A stretch of DNA of 63,838 nucleotides, filler included, from Octopus bimaculoides (GCF_001194135.2; 4 parts of 4 records of this genome joined end to end with filler, not necessarily neighbours in it); one strand, 5' to 3'; positions 1-11,306 are shown, counted from the first letter of the whole stretch. Translations and numbers: made by a program. Notes: a model not told the origin generated them from the sequence alone.

Positions 1-30
1 TGGGCTTAGACAGAAAATGGGGAAAATGGG

Positions 31-352
31 GATCGCGATTTCGAACCCCAGACCGGGCGTTGTGAGTGTTTATTGAGCAAAAACACCTAAAGCTCCACAA
101 GGCTCCGGCAGGGGATGGTGGCGAACCCTGCTGTACTCTTTCACCACAACTTTCTCTCACTCTTTCTTCCTGTTTCTGTTGTGCCTGTAATTCAAAGGGT
201 CAGCCTTATCACGCTGAATATCCCTGAGAACTACGATAAGGGTACACGTGTCTGTGGAGTGCTCAGCCACTTGCACGTTAATTTCACGAGCAGGCTGTTC
301 CATTGATCGGATCAACTGGAACCCTCGACGTCGTAAGCGACGGAGTGCCAAC
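31..352 (+). mobile_element. tRNA-derived SINE, family A, 5'-truncated copy
   Basis: Colinear with the full copy at 38601-38983 (GACCGGGCGTTGTGAGTG...CTGGAACCCTCGACGTCGTAAGCGACGGAGTGCCAAC) and ends in a CA-rich tail. Confidence 0.85.
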
Positions 353-677
353 ACACACACATACATGAATACAAACCTACATGCATACATACATACATAC
401 CTACATACATTCATGCATACATTCATACATACATACATACATACATATTCATAGGCCCACTAATCCATATTCATACATACCTACAATCTTAATCTGATAG
501 AGAAGAACCTACAAAGCTTATGAGTTCCCAAATTCTTACCTTCTCAGATAATGAATTTAAAATATGATACACATACAATGATGAAGATTAAAAAAAAATG
601 TAGTCCACTTGTAATTGGGCCACTGAAAAAAAGTAAACCAGTGATGCAGTTGTTCACTGATATCCATATAAGACAAA

Positions 678-826
678 TAATAATAATAAAATACAAATCC
701 AAATATATGGTACCCTAGGCATAACACCTACATGAACTTCTAACTTGTCTTTTGAGGTCTCTGGGTGAGACTTGGATCCAACTTGTACAAATGCAAAGCA
801 AAAGTCAAACATATAATAATAATAAT
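678..826 (+). mobile_element. Probable 3' tail of an R4/Dong-like LINE embedded in (TAA)n
   Basis: About 130 bp of unique sequence (GAGGTCTCTGGGTGAGACTTGG) flanked on both sides by (TAA)n. It resembles R4/Dong 3' UTRs, a group known to target TAA microsatellites. Family assignment is from memory. Confidence 0.4.
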
Positions 827-1030
827 ATGCCCTGATGTAATACCAAGCAGTGGCTCTCATGGCTTCTGATCTTAACTGATTGGAAGTGTTATCATGTACA
901 TTGTTTTGTCTTGGTATAAAAAGATGGGCTACAGTAAATATTCTGAATCAGTACCACAGATTTGCTTGTCAGTTGTTTGACCTTAACCAGTTGAGCATGT
1001 CCCTTGGTAGCTGACGATATGTGCATCTCT
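827..1030. repeat. Unclassified interspersed repeat fragment fused directly to the telomere-like array
   Basis: Non-microsatellite sequence that I recognise as a common octopus repeat (GCAGTGGCTCTCATGGCTTCTGATCTTAACTGATTGG). It stops abruptly at GTGCATCTCT and passes into GGTTGGGGTT. Confidence 0.4.
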
Positions 1031-2150
1031 GGTTGGGGTTATGATTAGGGTTAGGATTAAGGTTAGAGTTAGAGTTAGGTTGAGGGTTAGAATTAGGAAT
1101 AGGGGTAGGGTTAGGGTTTGCATCAGCATTAGCAATAGAGTTAGGGTTAGAGTAAGTGTTAAGGTTAGGGTTAGATTTAGAGTAAGGGTTAGGGTTAGTA
1201 TCAGCATGAGCAATAGAGATAGGATTAGAGTTAGGGTTAGGGATAAGGTTAAGGATATGGTTACTATTAGGTTGAGAGAGTTAGGGAAAGGGTTAGGGTT
1301 AGGAAATGGTTTAGGGATAAGATTACTTTTATGTTTAGGGTTAGGGTAAGGGTCAGGGTTAGTGTTAGGGTTATTGCTAGGGTTAGGGTTCATGTTACGA
1401 TTAGGGTTAGGTTTAGGGTTAGCATTATGGTTACTCTTAGATTTAGGGTTAGAGTGAAAGTGTTAGTGTTAGGGTTAAGGTGAGGGTAAAATATAGGGTA
1501 AGGGTTAGGTTTAGGGTTTGTTTTGGGTATAGTGTTAGGGATAAAGTTAGGGTTAGTGTTAATGTTAGGGTTAGGGATTGGGTTAGGGTTTGAGTTAGTG
1601 TTATGGTTAGAGTGTGGGTTAGGTTTAGGGTGGGGATTAGGTTTAGGGCTAAGGTTAGGGTTAGGTGTAGGCTTAGGCTTAGACTTAGGGATAGGGTTAG
1701 GTTCAGTGTTAGTGTTAGGGTTAGTGTTAAGGATAGGGTTGGGTTTAGGGTCAAGATTAGGATTAGTGTTAGTGTTAGGTTAGGTTGAGATTAAGGAATA
1801 GTGTTGTGGTTTGGATAATGATTAGGGTTAGGGTTAGAGCTAGGCTTAGGGTTATGATTATGGTTAGGGTTAGGTTTAGGCATTGATAGAGTTAGGGTTA
1901 GGGTTATATTAGAGGTAGGGTGAGGGTTAAAGGCAGCTTTAGGTATAAGTTTAGGGTTTGGATTAGAGTTAGTGTTAGGGTTTGGTTTAGGGATAGCGTT
2001 AGCATTAGCAATAAGTTTATGGTTAGGGTTAGAGTGAGGGTTAGGTTTAGTTTAAGGATTAAGCTTAGGGTTAAGTTTAGGATGAGTGTTAGGGCTAGGG
2101 TTAGGGTCAGATTTAGGATTAGGGTTAGGTTAGGGTTAGGGTTAGGTTTA
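1031..2150 (+). repeat. Degenerate interstitial telomere-like array, (TTAGGG)n variants
   Basis: About 1.1 kb of TTAGGG/TTAGAG/TTAGTG/ATAGGG/TTAGG units with recurring AGCATTAGCAATAGAG-like inserts. Confidence 0.95.
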
Positions 2151-2402
2151 GCAGAGATATTGGAGTTATTGGAGATATTGTTTGCAGGGTTATTATATAA
2201 CAAAAGAGGAATCTGGAAAATGTTTATGGTGTTATTTATTTGTCATTAGACACGTTTCATTTGCTAATAGGAATTGCAGAATTGGATATGTTGGATAAAT
2301 AAGCATGTAAGAAATTTCTTTTTAAAAATTCTTCAGACAGAGAATCAAATAATTCTATAGCCTTGGGCTGACTAAAGACAGAAACTGAAAGAAGCCTGTA
2401 CT

Positions 2403-2554
2403 ATCATCATCATCATCATCATCATCATCATCGTTTAACGTCCGCTTTCCATGCTAGCATGGGTTGGACGACTTGACTGAGGACTGGTGAAACCGGATGG
2501 CAACACCAGGCTCCAATCTAAATTTGGCAGAGTTTCTACAGCTGGATGCACTTC
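2403..2554 (-). mobile_element. SINE family C (RTE-like 3' end, (GAT)n tail), fragment
   Basis: (CAT)n-CGTTTAACGTCCGCTTTCCATGCTAGCATGGGTTGGACG is near-identical at 3284, 13292 and 59807. Confidence 0.85.
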
Positions 2555-2616
2555 TGTAAATCAATTAATCAATCAATCAATCAATCTATTTATCTGTCTG
2601 TTTGTCTTTCTGTTTG

Positions 2617-2676
<60 letters not shown>

Positions 2677-3283
2677 CTCATCCATCTATCTATCTGCTTA
2701 TGTATGTGTGTATGTATGTATGTATGTATGTATCTTTCACACACACATACACACACACACTCTCTTCTTCTAAAATACATGGTCATGTATATTTTCATTC
2801 CTCCCCTTTTTCCCTCCCTCTAATAGATGTTGTGACAGACAGACAGGTGGAAATCCACTTCTTTTATCACATACGATTTGTATAAAATAGACAAGTAATG
2901 TGCATCAACCATGTTGCATGTGTAATAATATTTATGTTTTTTTTTAATCTCCATTCACATGTTTTCTATTCCAATACTTGTACTTATGCACATGAATGGA
3001 GTCTTCCCCCACACACATATATAAGTAGATATATTCTAAGTTGTAGGTCACAATAACTGAAGGTTTGCATAATGTGCATATCTTTACCACAAGGTCATAG
3101 TTTATGTAATTTGCTCTGACAATATATATAAATATATAAAGAAAAACAAACACAATTTTCTAATAATAAAGATTGTATTCTTTGTAGTGAAGGAAGTTGT
3201 TTATGCATTTAAGAAAGAAAGAGGTAAAATATGTGTATTTTTATATGGTGGAGAAGATACACACAATTACAACTAATCATATT

Positions 3284-3433
3284 CATCATCATTGTCGTTT
3301 AACGTCCGCTTTCCATGCTAGCATGGGTTGGACGATTTGACTGAGGACTGGTGAACCAGATGGCTACACCAGGCTCCAATCTGATTTGGCAGAGTTTCTA
3401 CAGCTGGATGCCCTTCCTAACGCCAACCACTCC
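3284..3433 (-). mobile_element. SINE family C fragment
   Basis: Same sequence as 2403-2554, extending to GGATGCCCTTCCTAACGCCAACCAC. Confidence 0.85.
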
Positions 3434-3707
3434 GTCACTGCCCACTTATGTATATATGTATATATACTGGCTTCAAATTTTGGCTCAAGGCCCACAGTTT
3501 CAAGGGAGAGGGTAAGATTAATTGACCCCAGTGGTCATCTGGTAACTTATTTTACCCACTCTGAAAAGATGAAAGACTAAGTCAACCCAGCATGTGAAGT
3601 CAGAAGAAATGCTGCTAAACATTTTTTCTGGGTTGTCAACCTTGGAATTTGAACTCAGAACACGAAGATGGACAAAATATCGCTAAGCATTTTGCTAATG
3701 ATTCTTC

Positions 3708-3782
<75 letters not shown>

Positions 3783-4044
3783 NNNNNNNNNNNNNNNNNN
3801 NNNNNNNNNNNNNNNNNNNNNNNNNNNNNNNNNNNNNNNNNNNNNNNNNNNNNNNNNNNNNNNNNNNNNNNNNNNNNNNNNNNNNNNNNNNNNNNNNNNN
3901 NNNNNNNNNNNNNNNNNNNNNNNNNNNNNNNNNNNNNNNNNNNNNNNNNNNNNNNNNNNNNNNNNNNNNNNNNNNNNNNNNNNNNNNNNNNNNNNNNNNN
4001 NNNNNNNNNNNNNNNNNNNNNNNTGTGTGTGTGTGTGTGTGTGC

Positions 4045-4083
<39 letters not shown>

Positions 4084-4169
4084 TGTCTATCTATCTATGT
4101 GTGCATGTGTGTGTTTGTGTATGTGTTTATATGTATGTATATTCTATATACATTCGTATATGTTAATGT

Positions 4170-4425
4170 GATGTGCCATGAAAAAAGCATTGGTGTGGGC
4201 GCTGATGCCACATAAAAAGAACTGGTCATGGCGCCACATAAAAAGCACCCAGTACACGCTATAAAGTGGTTGGCATTAGGAAGGGCATCCAGCAGTAGAA
4301 ACCAAGCCAAAATAGAATATGGAACCAGAGGCGGCTCCTAGCCTTACCAGTTCCTGTCAAGCCGTCCATCCCATGCCAGCATGGAAAATGGGCATTAAAT
4401 GGTGGTGGTGGTGGTGGTGCTGATG
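4170..4425 (+). mobile_element. SINE family C, diverged copy
   Basis: Contains GTGGTTGGCATTAGGAAGGGCATCCAGC...CCATGCCAGCATGGAAAA and ends in a (GGT/GAT)n tail. Confidence 0.75.
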
Positions 4426-5310
4426 TTATGTGTAATGTATATCTGTATAGAATTGTATGCTAGCTTAGGCCAGTGCATCCATGAAGATAAATGCAAAGTA
4501 CCCACAAGTGATCAGTTAGAGGCAATAAAATGTATTAATTATTTGCCACTAACTCTGATGTCTGATATGTAGTGTTGCCTCAGACTTAATGTTGACAAGA
4601 ATTACTTAGACCCTTCTCTATTGTGACTAGAGAAACTTTCTACTTTTACCATTTTAATATTTAAGTAAATTCCTTGCCTTGTCATCTCACAGTTGTTATA
4701 TTTGTTGACATAACATTGTCTGAATGCTATTATAAAACTCACAGTTTTCTGTACTTGTTATGCAATCTCTGATGATTTGATGACGAAATCTGTTTCTAAG
4801 TTATTCCTGCACATAACAGATATTATTGTAAATGAAACATATAGTGTGTGTGTGTGAGTGAGTGTAGGTACCTAATGTGTCGATGTCAGAGAATTTAGTA
4901 TCAAAGGCCAACCCAGCCCCGCAATATATGCCCTATCTCTAAACCCTATAATGAGCATTCCAGCTATCAACCTCATTACATCAGTTGAAAAATGCAGTTA
5001 AAAATTATAATGAACTTGCAAACATGAAATCTAGTTTTAAGGTTAACTAATTGGCACTCTATCGCTTAAGATGACAGGGGTTCCAGTTGATCCAATCAAC
5101 AGCCTACTCATGAAGTTCCTTCATCATTTTCTGTCTTAGATATGTCCTCATCTGTATTTATTACTAACTTTTCATATTTCTTGTTGGATTAAGAAATTTT
5201 GTCCAAGTCGTTCAGAATTTCTGTGGAGTTCACAAATTTTAGTGGATGAGGTGATTGCTTAGTTGCCTCGTTTGTGGCACTGAACCTGTATGTAATATAA
5301 GGTTACTTAC

Positions 5311-5366
5311 CTTATTCTTTGTGTTCCAAAAGGGGCACCTTTGAATTTCTTCAACTCCTTGATCAT
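5311..5366 (-). CDS. CIMAP2: Putative first coding exon of a CIMAP2/LEXM (C1orf177)-like ciliary microtubule-associated protein
   Basis: ATG at 5366 gives MIKELKKFKGAPFGTQRI(R), followed by a perfect AG|GTAAGT donor. FKGAPFGTQxxR matches the N-terminal FTGAPFGVQSHR motif of human CIMAP2/LEXM as I recall it. No downstream exon was found in the window. Confidence 0.55.
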
Positions 5367-7070
5367 TTCTTTATCTGTGTATCTCTCTTCTCTCTTCTTT
5401 ATTTCTCTCTTTTTTTTCTGCTGTGTATGAGTGTGTGTGTGTGTGTGTGTGTGTGCGTGCGTGTATGTGTCTCCCTCTCTGTCTTCTTCTCTATTCCACC
5501 ATTTTTAGTAGCTGTGCTTGCAACAGAAGTTCAGGATCAACAATTAACCGCCAGTAACAGTCAAATCAAAATCTACAACAGGAAGACATAAAAAAAAAAT
5601 AGAAGAATTAATTAAATAATTCTTTTCTGTGATAGGCCTCAGGCCTGAAATTTTTAAGGTGGGGCCTAGTTGATAACATGAAACCCAGTGCTTGACTGGT
5701 ACTTAATTTATTGACACCCCAAAAGGATGACAAGCAAAGTCAGCCCTGACAGAATTTGAACTCACAGCGTGAAGACAGACGAAATGCTGCTAAGCAATTT
5801 GTTCTATGTGGTAATGATTCTGCTAGCTCTCCACCTTCAATTAGTTAATTAATCAATTATACTGTGTAATACAATTTTTGTCCTTGGATAGCAACTGTTT
5901 ATTTCCTATTCGCTTACCCTTAGAAAGTATGAGAAATGGCTACTATTTCCTTCAAACTTTGCTTTTCTTATATTTATTCAAACCCCCAAAAATCCCTCGA
6001 CACATGATGGATTCGAAAAGTGGCAGGAATGCTGGGACCGGTGTATTGCTGTGCAAGGTGACTATTTCGAAGGAGATGATGTTAAAACTTGGATAAATAT
6101 GTTATTTTTTATTAAACTTAACTAGTCGAGGAACCTTTTGATACCCCCTTCGCTTGTGTGTGCGTGTGTGTGTGTGTATACTAAGGCATCAACGAAGAGT
6201 AGCTAAGCAGCCTACTCTGGTCGACTTTGAGCCCTCAGACTATGGACGAATTTCAGAAACTGGTCATCAGATCCGTTATTTAGTTTCTTGGCAAAGGAGC
6301 ACCATCAGCCGATTCTATACGAGATCCATACAGGAGGACGGAACTGTCCTGCATGTATTTGTTCAACAGCTTATCATTGCTGACGTGTGGAATTTTGTCG
6401 AACATCTGTCATCATGTGTAGAATGGATCCAACTATCAACGAATCCATCGGGTGGATCAGTCATCACCTGTTTCTTTTTTGTTATATTTTATTTTGTGTG
6501 TGTGTATGGGGGGGGGGGGCTAGAAGGGCAGATATATTTTTCCCTTGTCTGATGGCTAGGGTAAAATAGATTGCTTGGTGAACTAGATTGAATGAAGTGA
6601 AGATAGACACTTTCTCCTTCGGCCAAACTATGAGTAGGGAAAGTAACAGTGGAAAGAGATGTGCTAACTTCCTATGAATTTGCTGAGAGGTGGATGAGTC
6701 TGGCCACGTGTAGACCAGAAATGCAACCAACAGAGAGTATTTGCCTTTGGGAATCATGGTTATTTTGTATCTGAACAGATCTGTAAAAGGTTGATAGCTG
6801 CAACAGAGACATTAGTCTCTCTCTATCACCTTTCAACAAAATTATATATTAAAAAAATAATAGAACAATTAGCAGCATAATAAAAATAAGTTTTATTTTT
6901 GGTGATGCTTGGTTTTACAAATCCTGTGTCATTCAGCTTAGCAGCCGCTGGTTAATTTGTGGTCGGCATTGGAAAGTTGATGCATGCCAGAGGAGCAAGT
7001 AGCTGTCACGTCGAAGGTATCATGCTGAAGAGGCTTAGAAAGTGAAAGAAGTACTTTAAGTACTGGTTTT

Positions 7071-7182
7071 ACTACGCATGTGCACTCGAGGTGCTTCCGG
7101 GAAGGCAAGTCCCTTGCGCATGCGTAGATTGTACTTCCTTAATGGCGGCCATAATTTCGCGCCACTACAGATCCTTGATTGG
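7071..7182. promoter_or_regulatory. CpG-rich core-promoter motif cluster, possibly bidirectional
   Basis: Motifs seen: NRF1-like TGCGCATGCGT (7115-7125), ETS-like CTTCCGGGAAG (7094-7104), YY1-like AATGGCGGCC (7141-7150), E2F-like TTTCGCGCC (7155-7163), ACTAC(A) at 7071 and 7164, and inverted CCAAT GATTGG (7177-7182). The flanks are AT-rich. Confidence 0.6.
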
Positions 7183-7188
7183 CCTTAG
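7142..7188 (+). CDS. Putative first coding exon, mitochondrial-presequence-like peptide
   Basis: ATG GCG GCC start gives MAAIISRHYRSLIGL, then an AG|GTAACT donor (phase 2). It lies inside the promoter motif cluster. Confidence 0.45.
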
Positions 7189-7541
7189 GTAACTGCCTCA
7201 CTATTTGCACCTCTCATTTCATACCATTTATATAATTTTGTTTTTCATACTTAGTAGCATCTGGTAGTCTGGCCGATACTGTGAAATTCAGCGTAACCCA
7301 ACTTTTGAAATCTGTCATCTCATTTATTACCTTTGGGACAAATATAAAATACCTTTATTATTTCTAATGTAGCACATGGTTTGTAAGTATCACTACTCCA
7401 GTTACTAAGTTTCTAGTCAATATCAGGATCTTATGAATTTTAATTTCCACGGAGCGGATCTCTTCTATAGATCAGACAAGTATCCCAAATTTTAGTATTG
7501 ATACAAGCATAAATGCATTGTGTGATATTGTTTTGTTACAG

Positions 7542-7574
7542 GAATCTTCGACTGCCGTATTTATTTAAAGTCTG
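7542..7574 (+). CDS. Putative second micro-exon of the same gene
   Basis: TTTTGTTACAG acceptor and phase-compatible reading (R)NLRLPYLFKV, then a TG|GTATAA donor. The joined peptide is Arg/Leu-rich with no acidic residues. Confidence 0.35.
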
Positions 7575-7903
7575 GTATAATATTTTTTGCTCACTGTCTA
7601 TTAATCGCGGCTCAGTTTTTTCCTTATTGTAGCACTCGCTGGTTGGAACAGGGGAAACAAATAAAATATAAATTAATGTAAAGGTTTCGGGAAGCATATT
7701 TTCCATAGTCACCTATCAAATATGGATATTTCCTTTTGATCCAATCCCATCCGTATATCAGCTGAAAATGTCACTGCAAAATGCAGCATAGTAAATATTT
7801 TTGGTTCATCAGATTGTCCCCAGAGAAATGATGGGCTACATCATGGTCTCATAGTAGACCCTTGTGAATTAAATACCAATACACACATATATATATATAC
7901 ATA

Positions 7904-7988
7904 CAGGGTTATTAAAAAACATGAACCGATTTCATTACGCAATATTTCAATGAGGAAAAGCAATAGAAAACTCCAGCTAAGTCACATG
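7904..7988. mobile_element. Tc1/mariner-type terminal fragment
   Basis: TA|CAGGGTTATTAAAAAAC terminus of the same type as TA|CAGGGTGTTTCAAAA at 21694. It is interrupted by the mariner at 7991. Confidence 0.45.
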
Positions 7989-7990
7989 TA

Positions 7991-8452
7991 TTAGGTTGTC
8001 AAGAAAGTTCTTGCGGTTTTTAACCTTTAAATTCAGATGTACATATCTTAGTTCAAACAAAACTTTATTAATCGAAATAAACACCATCAGAATCAACACT
8101 TTTGACAACGTGAAACAAGTTTATTTATGCCAGTAGTGTAAAAATCCTGCGTTCTGGAGGTGATGAAGTCAAAGACGTGTTTGGCATCGTCTTGGTTTTT
8201 GAAGCATTTCTCACGCAGGAAGTTGTTGAGATGCTTGAAAAAGTAGTAGTCGATAGTGGTGGTGAGTATGGCGGATGAGGCAGAGTTTTGTAGCCCAATT
8301 CGTTCAACTTCTGCAGGGTCAGTTGTGTGACGTGCAGCCAAGTGTTGTCGTGGAGAAGAATTGGTCCTTTTCTATTGACCAATGCTGGCTGTTGTTGTTG
8401 GAGTTTCTTATGCATTTCATCCATTTGCTGACAGTATTGATGCAGTATTCTT
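7991..8452 (-). mobile_element. Mariner (cecropia/Hsmar1-like) transposase 3' remnant with TIR
   Basis: TA|TTAGGTTG...TTGCGGTTTT TIR. The frameshifted translation DEMHKKLQQQQPALVNRKGPILLHDN...LPHPPYSP..TDYYFFKHL...GINKLVSR matches the Hsmar1/SETMAR DD34D domain. Confidence 0.92.
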
Positions 8453-8836
8453 TTCGATTGTCTCTAGCCATCTTACATTTTGATTAAAATCTTTCTTTTT
8501 TTTCCAGAACTTAAACTAAAATGACAACAGGGTTTCCTAGGAAGCATTTTTATTTCGTTTTCTTTTATGAAGGTATTGTTTCTTTTCATTATCAGGTATA
8601 TAATTAGTGGATTAGAATCTAATTTGTGGTTCATACTGGTTGTTTCTAATATTTTTTTTTCCGATTACGGAGCTTTTCTCTCACATTCTGAAGTACGTGT
8701 TTTGAAGATATTCATGTTGCTTCAAGAGGTTGGCATGTTTGACAATTATTTNNNNNNNNNNNNNNNNNNNNNNNNNNNNNNNNNNNNNNNNNNNNNNNNN
8801 NNNNNNNNNNNNNNNNNNNNNNNATATATTTGGAAT

Positions 8837-9246
8837 ACTCTTTTACTTTTTTTACTTGTTTCAGTCGTTTGACTGCGGCCATGCTGAAGCACCGCCTTTA
8901 GTCGAGCAAATTGACCCCAGGTCTTATTCTTTGTAAGCCTAGTACTTATTCTATCAGTCTCTTTTGCCAAACTGCTAAGTTATGGGGACATAAACACACC
9001 ACCATCGGTTGTCAAGCATGTTGGGGGGACAAACACAGACACACAAACATATACACACACATACATATACATATACATATATACGACGGGTTTCTTTCAG
9101 TTTCCGTATACCAAATCCACTCACAAGGCTTTGGTCGGCCCGAGGCTATAGTAGAAGACACTTGCCCAAGGTGCCACGCAGTGGGAATGAACCCGAAACC
9201 ATGTGGTTGGTAAGCAAGCTACTTAACACACAGCCACTCCTGCACC
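8837..9246 (-). mobile_element. SINE family D, full length (tRNA head, CORE-like centre, microsatellite middle)
   Basis: The - strand reads GGAGTGGCTGTGTGTTAAGTAG...GGCACCTTGGGCAAGTG...(TG/TA)n...GGCCGCAGTCAAACGACTGAAACAAGT. Many partial copies occur in the window. Confidence 0.85.
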
Positions 9247-9610
9247 TGTGAACTTTTTATTTGCTCGACCCCTTTTGATGTTATGCACAATTTTGCGGCA
9301 CAGGTTGTTGTTTTCCAGTTTTGTTATCCACCTGAATTGCCTATGTTGAAGTATTTCATTATCATGTGCACTACAGATATCTCATAGCTGCTTTATCAGA
9401 GCTGCTTTATCTCAACACTATACAAGAAGGTATTGATAATCCAATACATACTTAAATATAGTCTCAAGCGATAACATTAAAACCTTTTAACACTAGATTA
9501 GTTGACTTTTGTTGCTACTCTTGTCAAAATAACCTTTTTATCAGTAGCTTAAAAAAATTGAGGAAGAAAAGATTTTCAAGCTTTGATGTTAAATATGTTT
9601 AATTTAAATA

Positions 9611-9995
9611 CAGTAGAACCTCGCAGTATGAGTGCATCATTGTACAAGTAATTTACTGTATGAGCCAAGACTTGAGTGAATTTTTGTCTTGAAGTACGAG
9701 CGGAAATCTGCAGTACAAGCACACAAATTATCCCATCTTTAAGATAATTTAATTAATAAAACCAGTTTACATATTCCTTTTGCATTCTCTATTTTATAAC
9801 TGTTATTTTACTTGTAACTATGCCTTTTCTGTTTTAAAACTCATAAAAAATTATTTCTAAGTGGCTTTTGGAGGCTGGAACGGATTAATTATATTTTAGT
9901 TAATTTTGATGGGGAAAATTGATTTTCAAAACGCGTAAATTGTAAGACGAGCTCGATCATGGAACGAATTAAACTCGTACTGCGAGGTATCACTG
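9611..9995. mobile_element. Tigger/pogo-type MITE, 385 bp
   Basis: Imperfect 23-bp TIRs, CAGTAGAACCTCGCAGTATGAGT and ACTCGTACTGCGAGGTATCACTG, with TA at both ends (9609-10, 9996-97). Confidence 0.85.
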
Positions 9996-11306
9996 TACAT
10001 TTAAACTCTGTGTCATCTGTGTGGAATCAGTTTCATATGACATTCATGGGAGCGGCCTGTTTACATTTTTTCGCTTTCTTTTATGGCAAATTTTAGTTGG
10101 TTGTAGATGTCCACAAAATCAACTAACTTTACAGCAATTGGAATAACAATTGTTATGTGCGTCAACGGGCATCTTTCTTTGTTTGAAAAGGCAAAGAAAG
10201 ATGCCTGTTGTTGGAAGAAGTGCTTTAAGTTTTGGCAAGCTTCATCCTGGTTATTTTTTTTAACCATTTCATATGGAAGAATCTTCACGAGCTTTTTGAT
10301 TGTATTGAAGTTGAACTTGATTTAAATGCAAAGACCTAGTGATCTTAGCTCACAGATATGGCATTATTGTTGGTGTTCATATGATTGCTGGTATCATATC
10401 ATTTGCTTTGCTACTGTTATCAACGTGAGGTATGATTGAGAAAGCAAAATCTGACGCGGAGGTAGTTATAATGAAGGAGAATGGTAAAATGAGATATATA
10501 CAACTTGAGACTGAAGCTGAACTGGTAAGTGACGTTTTATTCTCCGTTACAAAATACAATGATTTCCATACAGGAATTAACATAACAGGTTATTACAAAG
10601 ATGTGTGAGAGAACTTCGTGGTTAGGCTGGATTGTTGATGTTGTAGACATAGCTGACGTACTGTTAGTGGCATGTAGAGACAGCTGTTGATCTGTTGGTT
10701 GTGTGATGTTCATACGGCAATAATGTAGACAGGCGTCTGGTGGAGAAAATGAGAGCGGGGAACTGGCTGGTGTCAGATACATTGTTGTTGGAAACGAGTT
10801 GTGTGTGGTCAGTGGCGAGTGTCAAAGACCTAAAACAGTCAAGAACTGCCGTACTTATAGGGAATACTGGGCTCCCAAAAGCTAGTGATTAATTTCTCAT
10901 GTAAGGAAAAATAAACTGTTGCGCCAATGCAATTGGACAGCTGGAAGCTGACCAATACAAACAACAGGCTCGTTTAAACACAAGGTCATGTGACCACTGG
11001 AACAAAAAAGCTTTGTGGAGCTGATATTGAGGTATTTAAGCCTAGATCAGTCAAAATGAAAACCTCTCACACAATGACAGTGTAAATCACTTCTGCCACA
11101 TAGTGTTTTCTTTTACCAACTTCTGTAAAGCTAAGCTGTTGAGTAACAATGATTCTTTTCTCTGTAACAGAAATGGGGGCAGGTGGTGATTTATGCTTGG
11201 CTAGGTCGGCATAAATGTCAAGAACAACGTTTAACAACACATTTTAAATGATCATCTATGCATATATGTCTATTATCGATAGCAATATATGCATGAATGC
11301 ATACAC

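Noticed and set aside
540-622. - strand segment with strong acceptor (TTTTTTTCAG) and donor (AAG|GTAAGA)
   Set aside because: Stops in all three frames, so it cannot be CIMAP2 exon 2. At most a non-coding or cryptic exon.
983-2249. LT/PN/VR/GL-repeat ORFs
   Set aside because: They are the reading frames of TTAGGG-like repeats, not genes.
3188-3223. 36-bp + strand exon-like segment (xKEVVYAFKKER) with good splice sites
   Set aside because: Too short to identify and no compatible neighbouring exons found.
5286-5310. 25-nt GT-AG 'intron' after the CIMAP2-like exon
   Set aside because: Below the normal metazoan intron size, and the resulting peptide (FSATNEA...) does not resemble CIMAP2 and soon stops.
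6190-6350. Possible Tc1 N-terminal HTH remnant (DFE..GRI..RSTISRF)
   Set aside because: Similarity is too weak to call by eye and no TIR is seen.
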